NCBI RefSeq assembly: GCF_009834535.1
Contig: NC_045697.1
Coordinates: 45,882,001 to 45,946,000 of the forward strand
Direction of reading: 5' to 3'
Length of the DNA stretch: 64,000 nt
Source: Camelus ferus
Lineage: Eukaryota
Shown here: positions 36,330 to 48,580 of the stretch, one piece after another
How positions within the stretch are numbered: the stretch's first letter is position 1
How the letters are laid out: every line of letters starts with the position of its first letter
Position numbers and translations under genes: made by a program
Notes under the pieces: generated by a model
The model's input: the letters and a program-made list of their open reading frames with translations, nothing else
Told to the model about the DNA's origin: nothing
Databases searched by the model: none

Positions 36330-38510
36330 ATTTTTATTTTATCACCAGTATTGCACTTCTGTCAGCATTATTTCCTGTACACCAACATTATCTTGAATCT
36401 CTCAGTTCCTCTCCTTCCTCATCTTCAGTGAACCTCACTTCTACTCCACTTTACCATCCAACTCTCATGTTTGTACCCTAGATTTGTCATCCCTTGTAAC
36501 TGCCAAACCTGAGACTCAAACAACCACAGCTGTCCATTATCCTAGCTCTACCATTCAGCATTTCCCCAGCCTTGCACCAAGTCTTAGATCTTAGTGAGGT
36601 ACCCAATTTCTACTGCTGCTTTTTCCCTATCAAATAGCCTAATCACATCACTGCTTGATCTCCTCCCATATTCAACTCCATAGTACAGTATATCAATCAC
36701 TCTTACTATGTCAACTCCCAGGCTTGTCTCTACACTATATCTTCCTTGATTTAAATTGAATGTCTTCCTCCAATACCTGGAAAGCTGTACTTTGCTAGAG
36801 AAAATAAGTAGTGTCATTAAAGATCTGTGGCCTCCAACATCAATAGCTCACTTATTGCCATCTAGGAATACTTCCAGGTATCACTAGTAAATGCTCTCTT
36901 TCCAGTCCTCATGCAGCCATTTCAAAGTATCTCCACTCATCTCAAAGCTCTGGCTACATTCTTGTTCAATATAAAGTAATAACCTTACCATTACAAAACA
37001 AAATTAAAGCCGATAGAAATCCCTCAATTTTCTGCCATCAGACGTATAAACTGAACTGCACCGACATGCATGGTTTCTGTCTTTTCTCCTGTTATAGTGG
37101 GAGAGGGGTTTGCCCTCCAGATAAGGGCAATTTCTCTTCCCATGGTGTGGATCATCCCTCTGACAGCTTCTCATGGATCTAGCTCTGTTAATTACTTATC
37201 TCTCTTCAGGAGGCTTCTCACCAGCATTTCAACATACTAAGTTCCTCCTGATCTAAAACAACAGAAATTCTTACGCCATCCAGTTTCTTTCCTACTCCAC
37301 AATCAAAAGTTTGAAAGTGCTGCTGCATACAGGCATCTATTTAATCACCTCTCATTTATTCCTCAGCAAATGGTGAAACTAGACATTTCAGCAAAAAATC
37401 AGATGTCACTAAATTTACAAATAATTTCTTATTGCCAAATCCAATGAAAACTCATCTGTTTTTGTCTTAATATACTCTTTCATTTGGTAAATATTTATTG
37501 AGCCCTTATTACATTCAGGCCATGCTGAAGATAGAGTTGTAAAAAAAAAAAAAAAAAGGTAAACACAGTTGCTCGCCTTGTGAATATGAACTGTGATGGG
37601 CTACTGTGATAACGTGCTAACTACTCACTGGAAAGAACACTTAACTGAAGGACATTCTTTACACTCCCTTCCTAACTGACTTTTAAACCTTATAACCAGA
37701 GTTCTATCAAGGGGGAAGAAAACATTCCTCTACCCTTCTAGGTTCTTCTGACTGGTCTAAGAATTAAATTGACATGAGACAGAACAACAGGAAAAAATCA
37801 AACTTGTGATTCATACATATGGGAACCCCACATACGTGAGAGGGTCTGAGACCCCATATACACGAGAAGTTCAAAGACAGAAAGGTAAATGAAGTACATA
37901 TGCCATCTTGAGCTAAGGGATGGGATGGGGACTGGGGCTTCCAAGGACAGGAGGGTCACTCACAGGACAGTGAGAAGAGCAGATGTTTGGTAATTAGATG
38001 TTTGCACTGCCATATAGATAGGACCACTTAGATAAAGTTTAACTCTGGTGATAACACTTTTTTACGGGAAAAATCCCCAATTTAAATTCTAGTAGTTAAG
38101 AGAGGGGCAGTAGTTTCTCTCGAGCCTGAAGGGTCTTAACTACCTTCAGCTCAAAATAACTCACTTGCCAAAGTGGCACATCTTGGGAAGGCCTGTTCTA
38201 AACCCTTATAGTTCCTTATAAGCCTTGGGAGGACAACTATTTTCTTGAAGGAAATTTGAATATGATCAAATTTCCTGTTCCCCCATTAGGTATCATATCT
38301 TGCTCCCCTAGAGTAATTAATGCATTGGTTTTGACTTTATCTTCTTTCTTGTGTTACCATCATGTAAATTACCTGTCATTTACACTTAACCATAAGCTCC
38401 TTCAGCATAGACTTTATATTAAACTCTTTTTGTCCTCCAACTACATCCCAGATGTAGTTACACATACAAGATTTCTAATATATTGTTAAATGATCAGATG
38501 AACAGATAAA
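36330..38510 (+). mobile_element. L2 LINE (RT region to 3' end), interrupted by ERV1 LTR
   Basis: gaaatccctcaattttctgcca...ttctgtcttttctcctgttatagtggg...ttattgccaaatccaatgaaaac; 3' end aaccataagctccttcag...atatattgttaaatga. Confidence 0.6.
37705..38210 (-). mobile_element. ERV1 solo LTR, MER41/MER4-group-like, 4-bp TSD
   Basis: ccttcagctcaaaataactcacttgccaaagtggcacatcttggg...cccttata is the reverse 5' end typical of MER41-like LTRs; TSD gttc at 37701-37704 and 38211-38214. Confidence 0.8.
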
Positions 38511-41500
38511 TGGATCGGCATGTCAGCACAAGAATAATGAATTACTATTAAGTCCACAATTAAGCCCCCACAAAAGAAAGGCAGTTTTATTGGGTTGCAT
38601 AGATTTCATGATGCAAAGGAATTATTTATATAGTTCATGTTATCACAGCTTATTTCCCTAACTCCCTGTGACATCACATTTTCTTTTAATTCCAATTAGA
38701 AAGCTAAGCAGAAACAAATTTAAAGTTTTCCTATCTCAATTGTTGGCACACAAACTAATTATAAGCATTCTGATAAGGAAAATAATACAAATTATGCAAT
38801 TTTCAAGATATAGGCAGGCTATTCTAAATGCTGCCAAGTTTTTGCCAATTTTTCTTGTCAAAGAGAAAGTTTGTGCCTATAGAGACAAAATGAAATGGAA
38901 AGTAGAGCAATTATGTAGAAAATTAGTCCAATTAAAACATAACTAAGATAATAATGTTGGGCTTTTCTACAACAATGCAGTGTGGTGACCATTTATTTCA
39001 ACAAGAATCTCAGCTTTTAACATAATGACATGCTTTAATAGCCTCTATGTATAAACATATTTCTAGATGTTTCCCTCAAGCCAGTCACTTGCATCCCTCA
39101 AGAAATCTCATTTATTGGACAAGTACTTGGTTGGGGCAGATAAACAATTAATGCTTGGTTTAAAAATATTTCTTTGGATGTTAAAGTTAAAACAAAAGTT
39201 TCTAAAGAAAAAAATTTAGATCATTTTCTTTCTTAGCAGAGTAAGATGCTATAGTTTCTGCATGAAATTTTGATGTTTGAATGTTACAAAATCAAAAGAC
39301 ATTCAGGCAAAAGAATTTGCTTTGCAGGACTTTTTTCTTTTGTATTAAAGCAGACATAGTCCTGAGTAGATTGAGGTGATTCATTAACACTTTGTTCCCT
39401 TTATATTAAGAAAACTGTTTTCATCAAGTTAAATTTGGAAATAAGACAAATTAGTCTTTAATACAATAAATGTGAATTTAAATTGCTACTTTTTTAAACT
39501 TATTCCAGCAACTTCAATATGTAGTTACTGAACTTTGAAGTAGTCATGCTTTTAGCTCTGTTAGATTTTCTTTTTTCCTAAAAATGATATGACACTCTTT
39601 TTTTTTTTTTTTTAAACAACTATACTGTATTTGAAAAGGCAAGTGAAACTAAGAGAAAGGAGTGAAAACGGTAGGGAAATAATCACCAAGTAGGTGATAG
39701 GCTTAATGCTTTTATGGGGATTCAACTGCAGCATCAAGGGACTAGTGGGCTTTATACAATCATTTTAATTTCATAGTGGCTGGCCAGTCTCCTTTTGGTA
39801 ATTCACCTGAATTAAGCCCATTTTTATGCCAATAATTCTCTTCCTATTGACCCAAGGAATTTAAAACTTTTAAAACTCTAATCCACTCTGGTTCTTCTCT
39901 TTTCCCATCATGCTATTACAGACATTTAAAGTTTATTTAATTATTGGCTACCTCTTAGTTAAATTGTAAAATTGGCTTAAGTGTTATTAAATTCCTGAAA
40001 GATTAATAACATGATCAAAGAGCAAAGCCTATTCCTTAAAATGCAGTTCTAAAACGTTGGTTTTAAATTACTGTCTGAAAAGTTCATGGCCTACCGGTGC
40101 CCTAAGCTCTCCTCCTCTATAATATGGTGTAATTTTGAATTGATGTTAAACTGAAATCACGAGCCATCTTTCTGACCATGAAAGAAATTTGTTCCATACA
40201 TGGAAAGTATATTTCTAAGGGGATTCATAATAATTATTGATGTTTTCAACAATAAGTCTATAGTAGAAATTCATGGGAACATCATTCACCATGACAAGAA
40301 ATTTAATTATTTCATGGCACTCTCCCTTCCACACTCCCTTCTCTTTTCCTCCATCATATTTAAACATATATGGGTTAAAGTTTCTCAGTTAATATCTTAC
40401 ATGGGATAATATAATTAATTCTCCTTTAGTATATTCTAATAAATGTGGATAATAGTGATTGGCAACTTCTCAAGTAAAAATTTTATTATTCTCATTGTAG
40501 CTTGTATAACTTGAAAAATAATACCATTAACTTATACTAAATTAACATATTTTTTAAAAGTTTAGAAAACTATTTATCACTGCTACACATTCACTCATTT
40601 AACAAATATCAATTAGGTGCCTACTGTATAGCCGACATTATACTACGTCCAGAAGGACACTTTGAGAAGCCAAGAGTTTACCTGAGGATGAAATTGACTA
40701 ATGAAGGTGTAGCTTCCAGAAGATCTTTCCTCTACTAAATAATAACACAAAGTCCTGAGTACTTGCACAAATGAAAACCTAAACCTTAACATGTTAGGTA
40801 TATTAATATGTTACAAAAAAAAAAAAGCAGATTGCATTTTAGAATGTTTTGAATAAAATGTGCTAGAAAGGAGTAATACTTTTCACTTTAAAGAACATGG
40901 ACTGCAAAATGTTTGGAGGAATGCCTCATAGAGCAACATTGGTAAGAACGACCAGGCAGAAGAACTGATGCTTGCTGTGACTGGATATGATTTCCACCAC
41001 TATTTGTGGCTCACAGCCTGAGAAATTCTGGAAATTTTTTAGATTATAAAAGCGTATTACAAACAAATTCTCTGTACTAGGTAGGATGTACATATGCTTT
41101 ATCAACCAAAGCACAACATTTTTGAGACTCAAAGACAGTATTATGAATGATTGTGCTGGGAAAACTGATACAATTTGAGACTATCCAGACAAAGCCACAT
41201 GCATTAATATCAGGGGACCAAAGAATGTATAATTCTTCCATACATTTTTCTTTAAATGGAAATTCAACAGAGTTTCAAAATTTAAATTCAGCTTAGGTTA
41301 TAACTGGAAGTATTCTTGATCTACTATTTATTTTATGCCTTCAACTAAATTACTTTTAAAACATGTTATTATATAATTTATTTTAATCATTATCATTAAT
41401 CATTTATGTGGGGAGAGAGAAAGAGAAGAATTCTAAAAATACCAAATATGGGACTAGATGTAATTGAAGTTAATCCTCTAGAGGCAACAACAATGCACTG

Positions 41501-43059
41501 TTTCCCTCAAAATTATTATCACTTAATCCTCAAATACATTTTACTAAACTTTCTTGGTCTTGATATCCAAAGATTATTTCTGCACAAAGACTCTAATGTA
41601 ATTCCCCTCTAATGAGGAATTAATTAACGTATTGGTTGAGAATTGATTAAAGGTCCTTATCAAAAGGTTATATTACAACTGTTTGAAATTCTTTCTTTAT
41701 TTCTTTAAATATTATTGCCCAACTACTCCCGAAAACAGCTCTTGTTGTGAGGTTATGTTCTGAGTACGCTTCAAAGAAGTGGTATTTCCTAGGCCTGGCT
41801 ATCCTGGAGAAGGTCAATGAAACAACCTCTGAGAGAGGATAACTGGTTAAAACCCATTTGTATTGCTCTGGCTTTGCCATGACTTATAGCTGTGTTAGCA
41901 TCACTTGTGCATTCCCTTCGAGCTCTCTCTTGATCCCAGGAATAATGTAGCTGCAATTGGTGCATTCATGTATTTTAATAGTGTTGAAAATGCAGAGGTT
42001 GTGTTTCAACAGTTTCCAAAAATCTTCTCTATTCATTACTAATTCTTACTTAACATTCACAAAAATTCAACTTTTATTTTTTTAAAAAAGTGTCTGTTGA
42101 AGCAAGCAAGCAGAAAAGAATTCAAAAGGAAATTCCATTTGGCCCATTTCTGTTTCTTGTATTCACCATACATTTATTCAGCATCTACCCTAGGAGATAC
42201 AGTGAGTAAAAAAGAACCACAGAGCTGTGTTTTCATGTCTCCCCTTCTTAAAAATTTATTCAAATACACAAGACAATTTTAGTTAGGTGCTTAGGAACCG
42301 TTAAGGAAATACACAGTACTCTAAGTAAGTGAAGGACAGTGACTAAATGAAAATTGCTTATGTTTACTTACTTTAGTTTCTAGATTATTCTCTTTAACTT
42401 TCAATAGTATTTATTCTCATTGCATATTAGCACTAAGGCTATCTACTTCTCTTTTATGGTCAGTTTCACCCCAAGGGTGTCAGTCACCTCTCCAATTACT
42501 CATACTCACTAATAAAAATCAAAATGCACAATTTCAGTTTCACTACTCCAGTACAGGGGCACAGATTTTTTTCACCAAATGAAGGGAGCCCCAGAAAAGG
42601 CTACTAGTAAGTCATATCTTAGTGTGTATTTGCCAATGGGTGCAGTTCCAAGGATTGATCATGTAAGAAAAGGGAGTTTCAAATTGATGGGAAGGGGCAA
42701 GAGAGCAAGAAGTTATTATTTTAACATTCTGTGATAAAGCAAACACAAGAAATGCACTTAGAGACATCGACTTTGGAAAACCAGTATGGGCAGCTTAAAG
42801 GCATTATGTCTGCATGAGTGGCTAAAAACAGAGCATTGAGCACTGGAAAAGAGACAAGACGGCAGAAAGGGAGACGGGATGCTATTAAAAAAAAATTTCA
42901 ACAGCTTCATTATTTTTCACAGGCCAGGCCAGTGAAGGTGTTACTGAAAAGTCTGGTTTCTCCCCCTTATACAGAGAAAGGCAGCAAGAGGAACAATTTA
43001 GGAAAAAGCCATATATAAGGACATGGAGATTCTTTAGATATACACTTCGTGGGTACATG

Positions 43060-43160
43060 TGTATCTATATATACGCTCACTGACAAATATATATTCATAT
43101 ATGTATATGTGTGTGTCTACTATACAGACACTTGTGTGTATATATATATATATATACACA
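43060..43160 (+). repeat. (TA)/(TG) low-complexity tract
   Basis: Seen directly. Confidence 0.8.
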
Positions 43161-43164
43161 GAAT

Positions 43165-43360
43165 ATGTAAATTCTGTAATCCTCACAGAAACCCTATAAA
43201 ATTGGCAGTAGTATAATTTGTTTCACAGATGAGGAAACTGAGGCACAAAGAGGCTAAATAATTTCCCCAAAGTCAAAGTCACACAGCCAGCAAGGATATG
43301 AGCTGGGATTTGAATTCATGCAGTCCATCCTTGGTGTTTGGGCTCCTGACCACTAAAATA
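43165..43360 (-). mobile_element. MIR SINE
   Basis: taatcctcacagaaaccctat...tttcacagatgaggaaactgaggcacaaagagg...gtcacacagccag...gagctgggatttgaa. Confidence 0.88.
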
Positions 43361-44119
43361 TCCTATACTGGGACTGGTATTGGGAGCTGTGGAAAAGGTT
43401 ATTTACCACCTGTTAGCATTTAAGTCTAAAATTTAGTTTTCAAATTCGTACTTTATAAACTATTACTTCAAATGCTCCCTGATTGAATTTAATAAAAATT
43501 TTAATTAGACTGGATGTTCTTTATTTAAACATGCAACTTTTTAAATAAAAACATGAAGTACAAACCAACCAATTTTGCACTGTATTTTCACCAGCTTTTG
43601 GCATGGATTTAAATACTAGAATTGTGTTAGAATGTAAATTTGGCCTTGCTTTTGAGCTTTCTACCTTATGTATCTTTCCATTACAGTGGTTTTGGAGAGC
43701 TATATGGAGAGTTAAATATTTGTGATTATATTTAGGGTAAAAAATCTGCAATGACTTTGAAGCTATATATTAAAGATTCATGGCATCTGGTTCCTGTTTA
43801 CAGTTTTTCAGTCTTCCAAGATACATTAATGAGAAACATAATGAGGTAAGTTAGATTTTCACAGAGTTATGCTTATTTACAAACATTCTCCCTGAGGTAA
43901 TCAGACATGACCATACTTAAAAATTATATAGATTATAAAATATTTCAAATCCTGTATTTTTAAATAATGTAATAATAAATGCAGAAAACAGGTACTAAAG
44001 GGCAAAGAATCCTGAAACATGTTAACAATACTACTGCAAAGTAGAAATTGAAAGAGGAAAGATTTTTCTTCAATTCTGTACAGAATGTATTACTAAATTG
44101 CCAAATAATAAAATTTAAA

Positions 44120-44335
44120 ATGGTCAGTATCTATTGAGTGGTTATTAAGTACTAGGCATTTTTCTAAGAATAGTGATTACTCCTTAAACAACTTTATCAG
44201 GTAGATATTATTATTCCCATGTTTCAGGTGAGAATACAGAAACAATAAGAATTTAAGCAACTTACACAAGGCCCCACAGCTGATAAATGGTAGAGCTGGG
44301 GATTTGAACCCAGGCAGTGTGACCTCTTGAGCTTA
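44120..44335 (-). mobile_element. MIR SINE
   Basis: tattgagtggttattaagtactaggca...attattattcccatgtttcaggtgagaatac...aaatggtagagctggggatttgaacccaggcag. Confidence 0.82.
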
Positions 44336-45619
44336 ACAGGTAGCTCCTATCCTATAGGACTACACTACCAACTGGCTCTAGTTGTCTTATTAGGCAGCCC
44401 ACACATATAATGTAACTTATCCACTAAAAGCCTGAAGACTGCATCCTGGTTTGGATCCAAAATGTGTGTCACTATTCTGAGCACTGCCATTTAGAGCTGT
44501 TTTCCACATGCACTCCATCAGTTGTTCCTCAGAAGCCAAGTAAAATTTTCTCTTGCAAGAAAACCCTTCCTAGCACAGCAAGTTGTTTCACCTTCTCCCC
44601 GTCCCTTCAACCCAGTAGATGTCGAGGTAATCAGTCAGGAGATGGCTGATGGGAAAAGATGTGTTCTATTTTATATACACATAAGAAAAACTCCCAAGAT
44701 ACTAGTATATACTATGTAAAATGTGGGCCTGCCACCACTACCAAGTAGAATTGATCTTTTCATTATGTTCCTCTTCTATGGTTGTACTTATTCTTCATTT
44801 TCATCTAATTTCGCACACATAAAAGTGTTGGGAATTAGAGCTGAGCAACTAGATTCACCCCAGGTCCTGAAAAAACTGAAGAGGAGCAGGGGGAACCCTC
44901 TTTTTAAAAATAACTTATAAATGTTGATCAGTAATTAAAACTTGAGAATTTTAAAAAATCAACTGCTGGGTCTCTATGAATCTCTCAGGATTTCATATGA
45001 AATCTCAGCCTCAGTGTAGTGATCCCTACAATGATCCTAAGAGAAAGTAGCATTAAGGCAATTCCTCAGTTAATATAACTTTAAAGAGAGGAGGACCTGT
45101 TATTTTATGCTTGGTTTGACCATAGTTATTGGACATACCATTAAGATATATAAAGATTCTCTTTAGTCAACCTTTAGGTCATGTGATAGGCTTGGGGTCA
45201 GTAGCTTTATAAATGCTGCAGTACGGTTTGTCTGAAGATTCTGGTCTTAAATAAATTCAAAGAAAAGAAATATACTCTAAGTGCTATACTATGACCAATT
45301 TCATTATCACATCCATAGCCACTATCTTCATTGTTAGTAATTACTGACTTACAAAAAAATAAATATTAAAGTATCAGTCATATTCACTTTAGTGGAAAAA
45401 TATGAACACATAGTTTTGAATGCTTTGATGTATTACAGTTACATTAAACTACTAGAGAAATATTAGAATTTATAGAATATACTAGACAAATTAAGATATA
45501 TAATCACTTTATCTACTCAGGACAAATCATTTACAAATTGCATTCACTATAGCAATAATGCACTCAAACATAAATTATCAAATGCAATGGGCATCTCCTA
45601 TATTTTATGTCAACAGTAA

Positions 45620-45800
45620 CAATTAACAACATCAACAGAATGCTTCCTATGTGTCCTCAGTTCTGTTATTTTTATATGTACTAACAGCTCATTAATGAGG
45701 TGGGGACTTTTACTATAGTTAAGGAGAGGTTCAAAGAGGTTAAGTGATTGCCCAAGGTAATACACAGATAAGTGAAGCAGCAATTGAACTCAGTGCAATG
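45620..45800 (-). mobile_element. MIR SINE fragment
   Basis: gaatgcttcctatgtg...agaggttaagtgattgcccaaggtaatacacagataagt. Confidence 0.65.
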
Positions 45801-45804
45801 ATGA

Positions 45805-46436
45805 CTTTAGCTTCAGGAAGGGAGCTGGTTGACAGAGGAACCAACTAAGTGATCAGAGGGTTAGAACTTTCAGTCTCAACCCCAGAACTCCAGGGAGGGG
45901 AGAGGGGCTGGAGGTTGAGTTTTAACACCAATGGCCAATCATTTAATAAATCATGTTTACATAACAGAACCTCCATAAAAAGCCCTAAATGAGCTTCTGG
46001 GTTGGTGAACACACTGAGGTGCTGGGAGGATGGTGTGGTCTGAGGGGGCCTGGAAGCTCTACACACACACACTCCTCCTCCTATGCCCTATACCTATGTG
46101 TGTTTCCCACCTGGCTATTCCTAAGTTACATCCTTTATACTAAACTGCTAATAATTGTCCGGAGTTCTATCAATTGTTCTAGTGAATGATCAGACCTGAG
46201 GGGGGATCATGGGGACCCCTAAATTTGTACTCAACCAGGCAGAAATGTGGCTATTCCAGGCACCCCTTTTGCAGTTGGTGTCTGAAGTGGATAAAGTCTT
46301 GACACTGGATCCTTAACCCTGAGAAGTTTGACTCTAATTCCATGTAATTAATGTCAGAATTAAATTCAATTGTAGGAAATTCAGTGTCAGAATTGGTTGG
46401 TGTCAAGAGGGGAAAAAAAAACAGAATTGGACACAC
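45805..46436 (+). mobile_element. ERVL LTR, MER21B/C-like (3' portion)
   Basis: agcttcaggaagggagctggt...gtgatcagagggttagaactttcag...ggaggggagaggggctggaggttgagtt...ccaatggccaatcatttaat...cttctgggttggtgaacaca...gtcagaattaaattcaattgtagga. Confidence 0.85.
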
Positions 46437-47164
46437 ATTTTTAAAGTATCAGCAACTCCATTTCATCAAAGAAAAATATATCCAATATACTTTATATCTT
46501 AGAACTGAATGTACATCAATAAGTATCTTATAATGAAGTGTCAGCATCCTCCAGCTTCCAAATGGAAAATAAACTCTGCAGGCAATTAATAAATTAGACA
46601 TTAATACTGCCCTATATATCAAATGACTTTAAACAAAAATATTTAAATGTATAATTAAAGTACTACTCTTTGAATTTCTTCTGGCATATTATTAAAAATA
46701 ACATTTTTATTGATTATTGATCTTTTTAATTGAGAAAATTGTAGATTCACATGCAGTAAAGAGAAATAATACAGAAAGATCCCATGTGCAATTTATCCAG
46801 TCCCCCTCAATGGCAGCACTGTGTACAACTACATTATGGTGTAATATCATAACCAGAATATCAACACTGGTACAATCCACCAGTATTATTCAGTTTCCCC
46901 CAGTTTTATTTGTACTCATGTATGTGTGTACGAATGTGTGTGCGTATTTGGTTATATACAATCTCATACATGTGTAGCTTCCTGTATGCACCACTGACTA
47001 AGTCAAGATACTGAGTTCCATCACCATAAGAATCCTTCCTCTTGCTCATTTGTAACCACACTCATCTCCCTCCCACCTCCAGACCTTCCCTTGTTCCTAA
47101 CCTCTGATATCCACTAATCTGTCATCCATTTCTAAAATCTAATCATTTAAAAAATGCTCTATAA

Positions 47165-47531
47165 CTTGAAGTGTATTATGCTAAGTGAAATAAGTCAGAT
47201 AGAGAAAGACAAATACTGTATGATATCACTTATATTGAAATTTTAAAAATACAATAAACTAGTGACTAAAAAAAAGAAGCAGACTTACAGATACAGAGAA
47301 GCAATTAGTGGTTACCAGTGGAGAGAGGAAATGGAGGAGGGGTAATACAGAGATGGAACATAAGAGGTACAAACTATTATGTATGAAATAAGTTACAGGT
47401 ATGTATTGTATAACACAGAGAATATAGCCAATAGTATATAATAACTATAAATGGAGTATAACCTTTAAAAATTGGGACTCATTATACTGTACACGTGTAA
47501 CATATAATATTGTACATCAACTATAATTTTT
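47165..47531 (+). mobile_element. Younger L1 3' fragment nested in L1MC1, 13-bp TSD
   Basis: attatgctaagtgaaataagtcagatagagaaagacaaatactgtatgatatcactta...; TSD aaatgctctataa at 47152-47164 and 47532-47544. Confidence 0.9.
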
Positions 47532-48504
47532 AAATGCTCTATAAATGGAATCAAAGTATGTAAACTTTGGTGACTGGCTGTTTATCACCCAGCAAAATCC
47601 CCTGGAGATTCACACAATAGTTATATGAATCAGGTCCTTTCTTTTTTATTGCTGAGTAGTATTCCACGATAGATAGGTACCACAGTTTGTTCAACAATGT
47701 TTAACAATATTTAAGAACATGGGGGCTCATTTCAGTTTGGGGCTACTCCAAAGAAAGCTGCTATGAACACCATATAGGTTTGGATTGTTTATGTGACCAT
47801 AAGTTTTCCTGTCTCTGGGATAATTGCCTAAGAGTACAATTAGTGGGTTGTATGGCAGTTGTATGTTTAGTTTTATAAGAAACTGCCAACTTGTTTTCCA
47901 GAGAGGTTGTACTATTTTACGTTCCTACCAGTGATGTATGTGTGATCCAGTGTCTCCACATCCTCTCGAGCACTTAGTGTTGTCACTGCTTTTTTTTGGC
48001 CCTTCTGTATTAACTCATTGAGGTTTTCATTTGTGTTTCTTTGATGTTGAACATCTTTCCATGTGCTTTTTAGCCATCTGTATATCCTCTTCACTGAAAT
48101 GTCTCTTGAAGTCATTTTTCCATTTTCTGTTTAGATTATTTTTTTACTGCTGAGTTTTAAGAGTTCTTTATATACTCTACATTTTAGTCTTTTGTTGGAT
48201 AAACAGCCTGTAAATATTTTCTCTGAATCTATAGGCTTTTCCATCCTTTTATCAGGGACTTCCACACAGCAAAAGTTTAAAATTTTGATGAAATTCAATT
48301 TACCCACTTTCCTTTTTATGGGTCACTCCTTTTGTTTCTCGTCTGAGAATATTTTGAACAGCTCTAGATGTTAAAATTTTTCTCCACTGTTTTTTCCTAA
48401 AAGTTGCATGCTTTTACATTTTATATTTAATTCTATGGTACAGTTTGAGTTAATTTTTGTGCAAGGTGTGAGGTTTAGGTTTTAGGTTGAGATTCTCTCC
48501 ATCA

Positions 48505-48580
48505 TCTCCTACTTCTTCTCCTGTTTTCCTTCCCCCCTCCTCCTCCCCTCCCTCCTCCTCTTCCTTCCCCTCCGTTCTTT
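48505..48580 (+). repeat. CT-rich (CCT)n-like low-complexity tract
   Basis: Seen directly. Confidence 0.8.

Noticed and set aside
44591..44645. Minus-strand exon candidate HLLTDYLDIYWVEGTGR
   Set aside because: Reasonable acceptor but weak gtgaaa donor, an in-frame stop follows, and no homology is recognised.
44989..45004. 16-bp perfect palindrome gatttcatatgaaatc
   Set aside because: About one palindrome with 8-bp arms is expected by chance in 64 kb, and more in AT-rich DNA.
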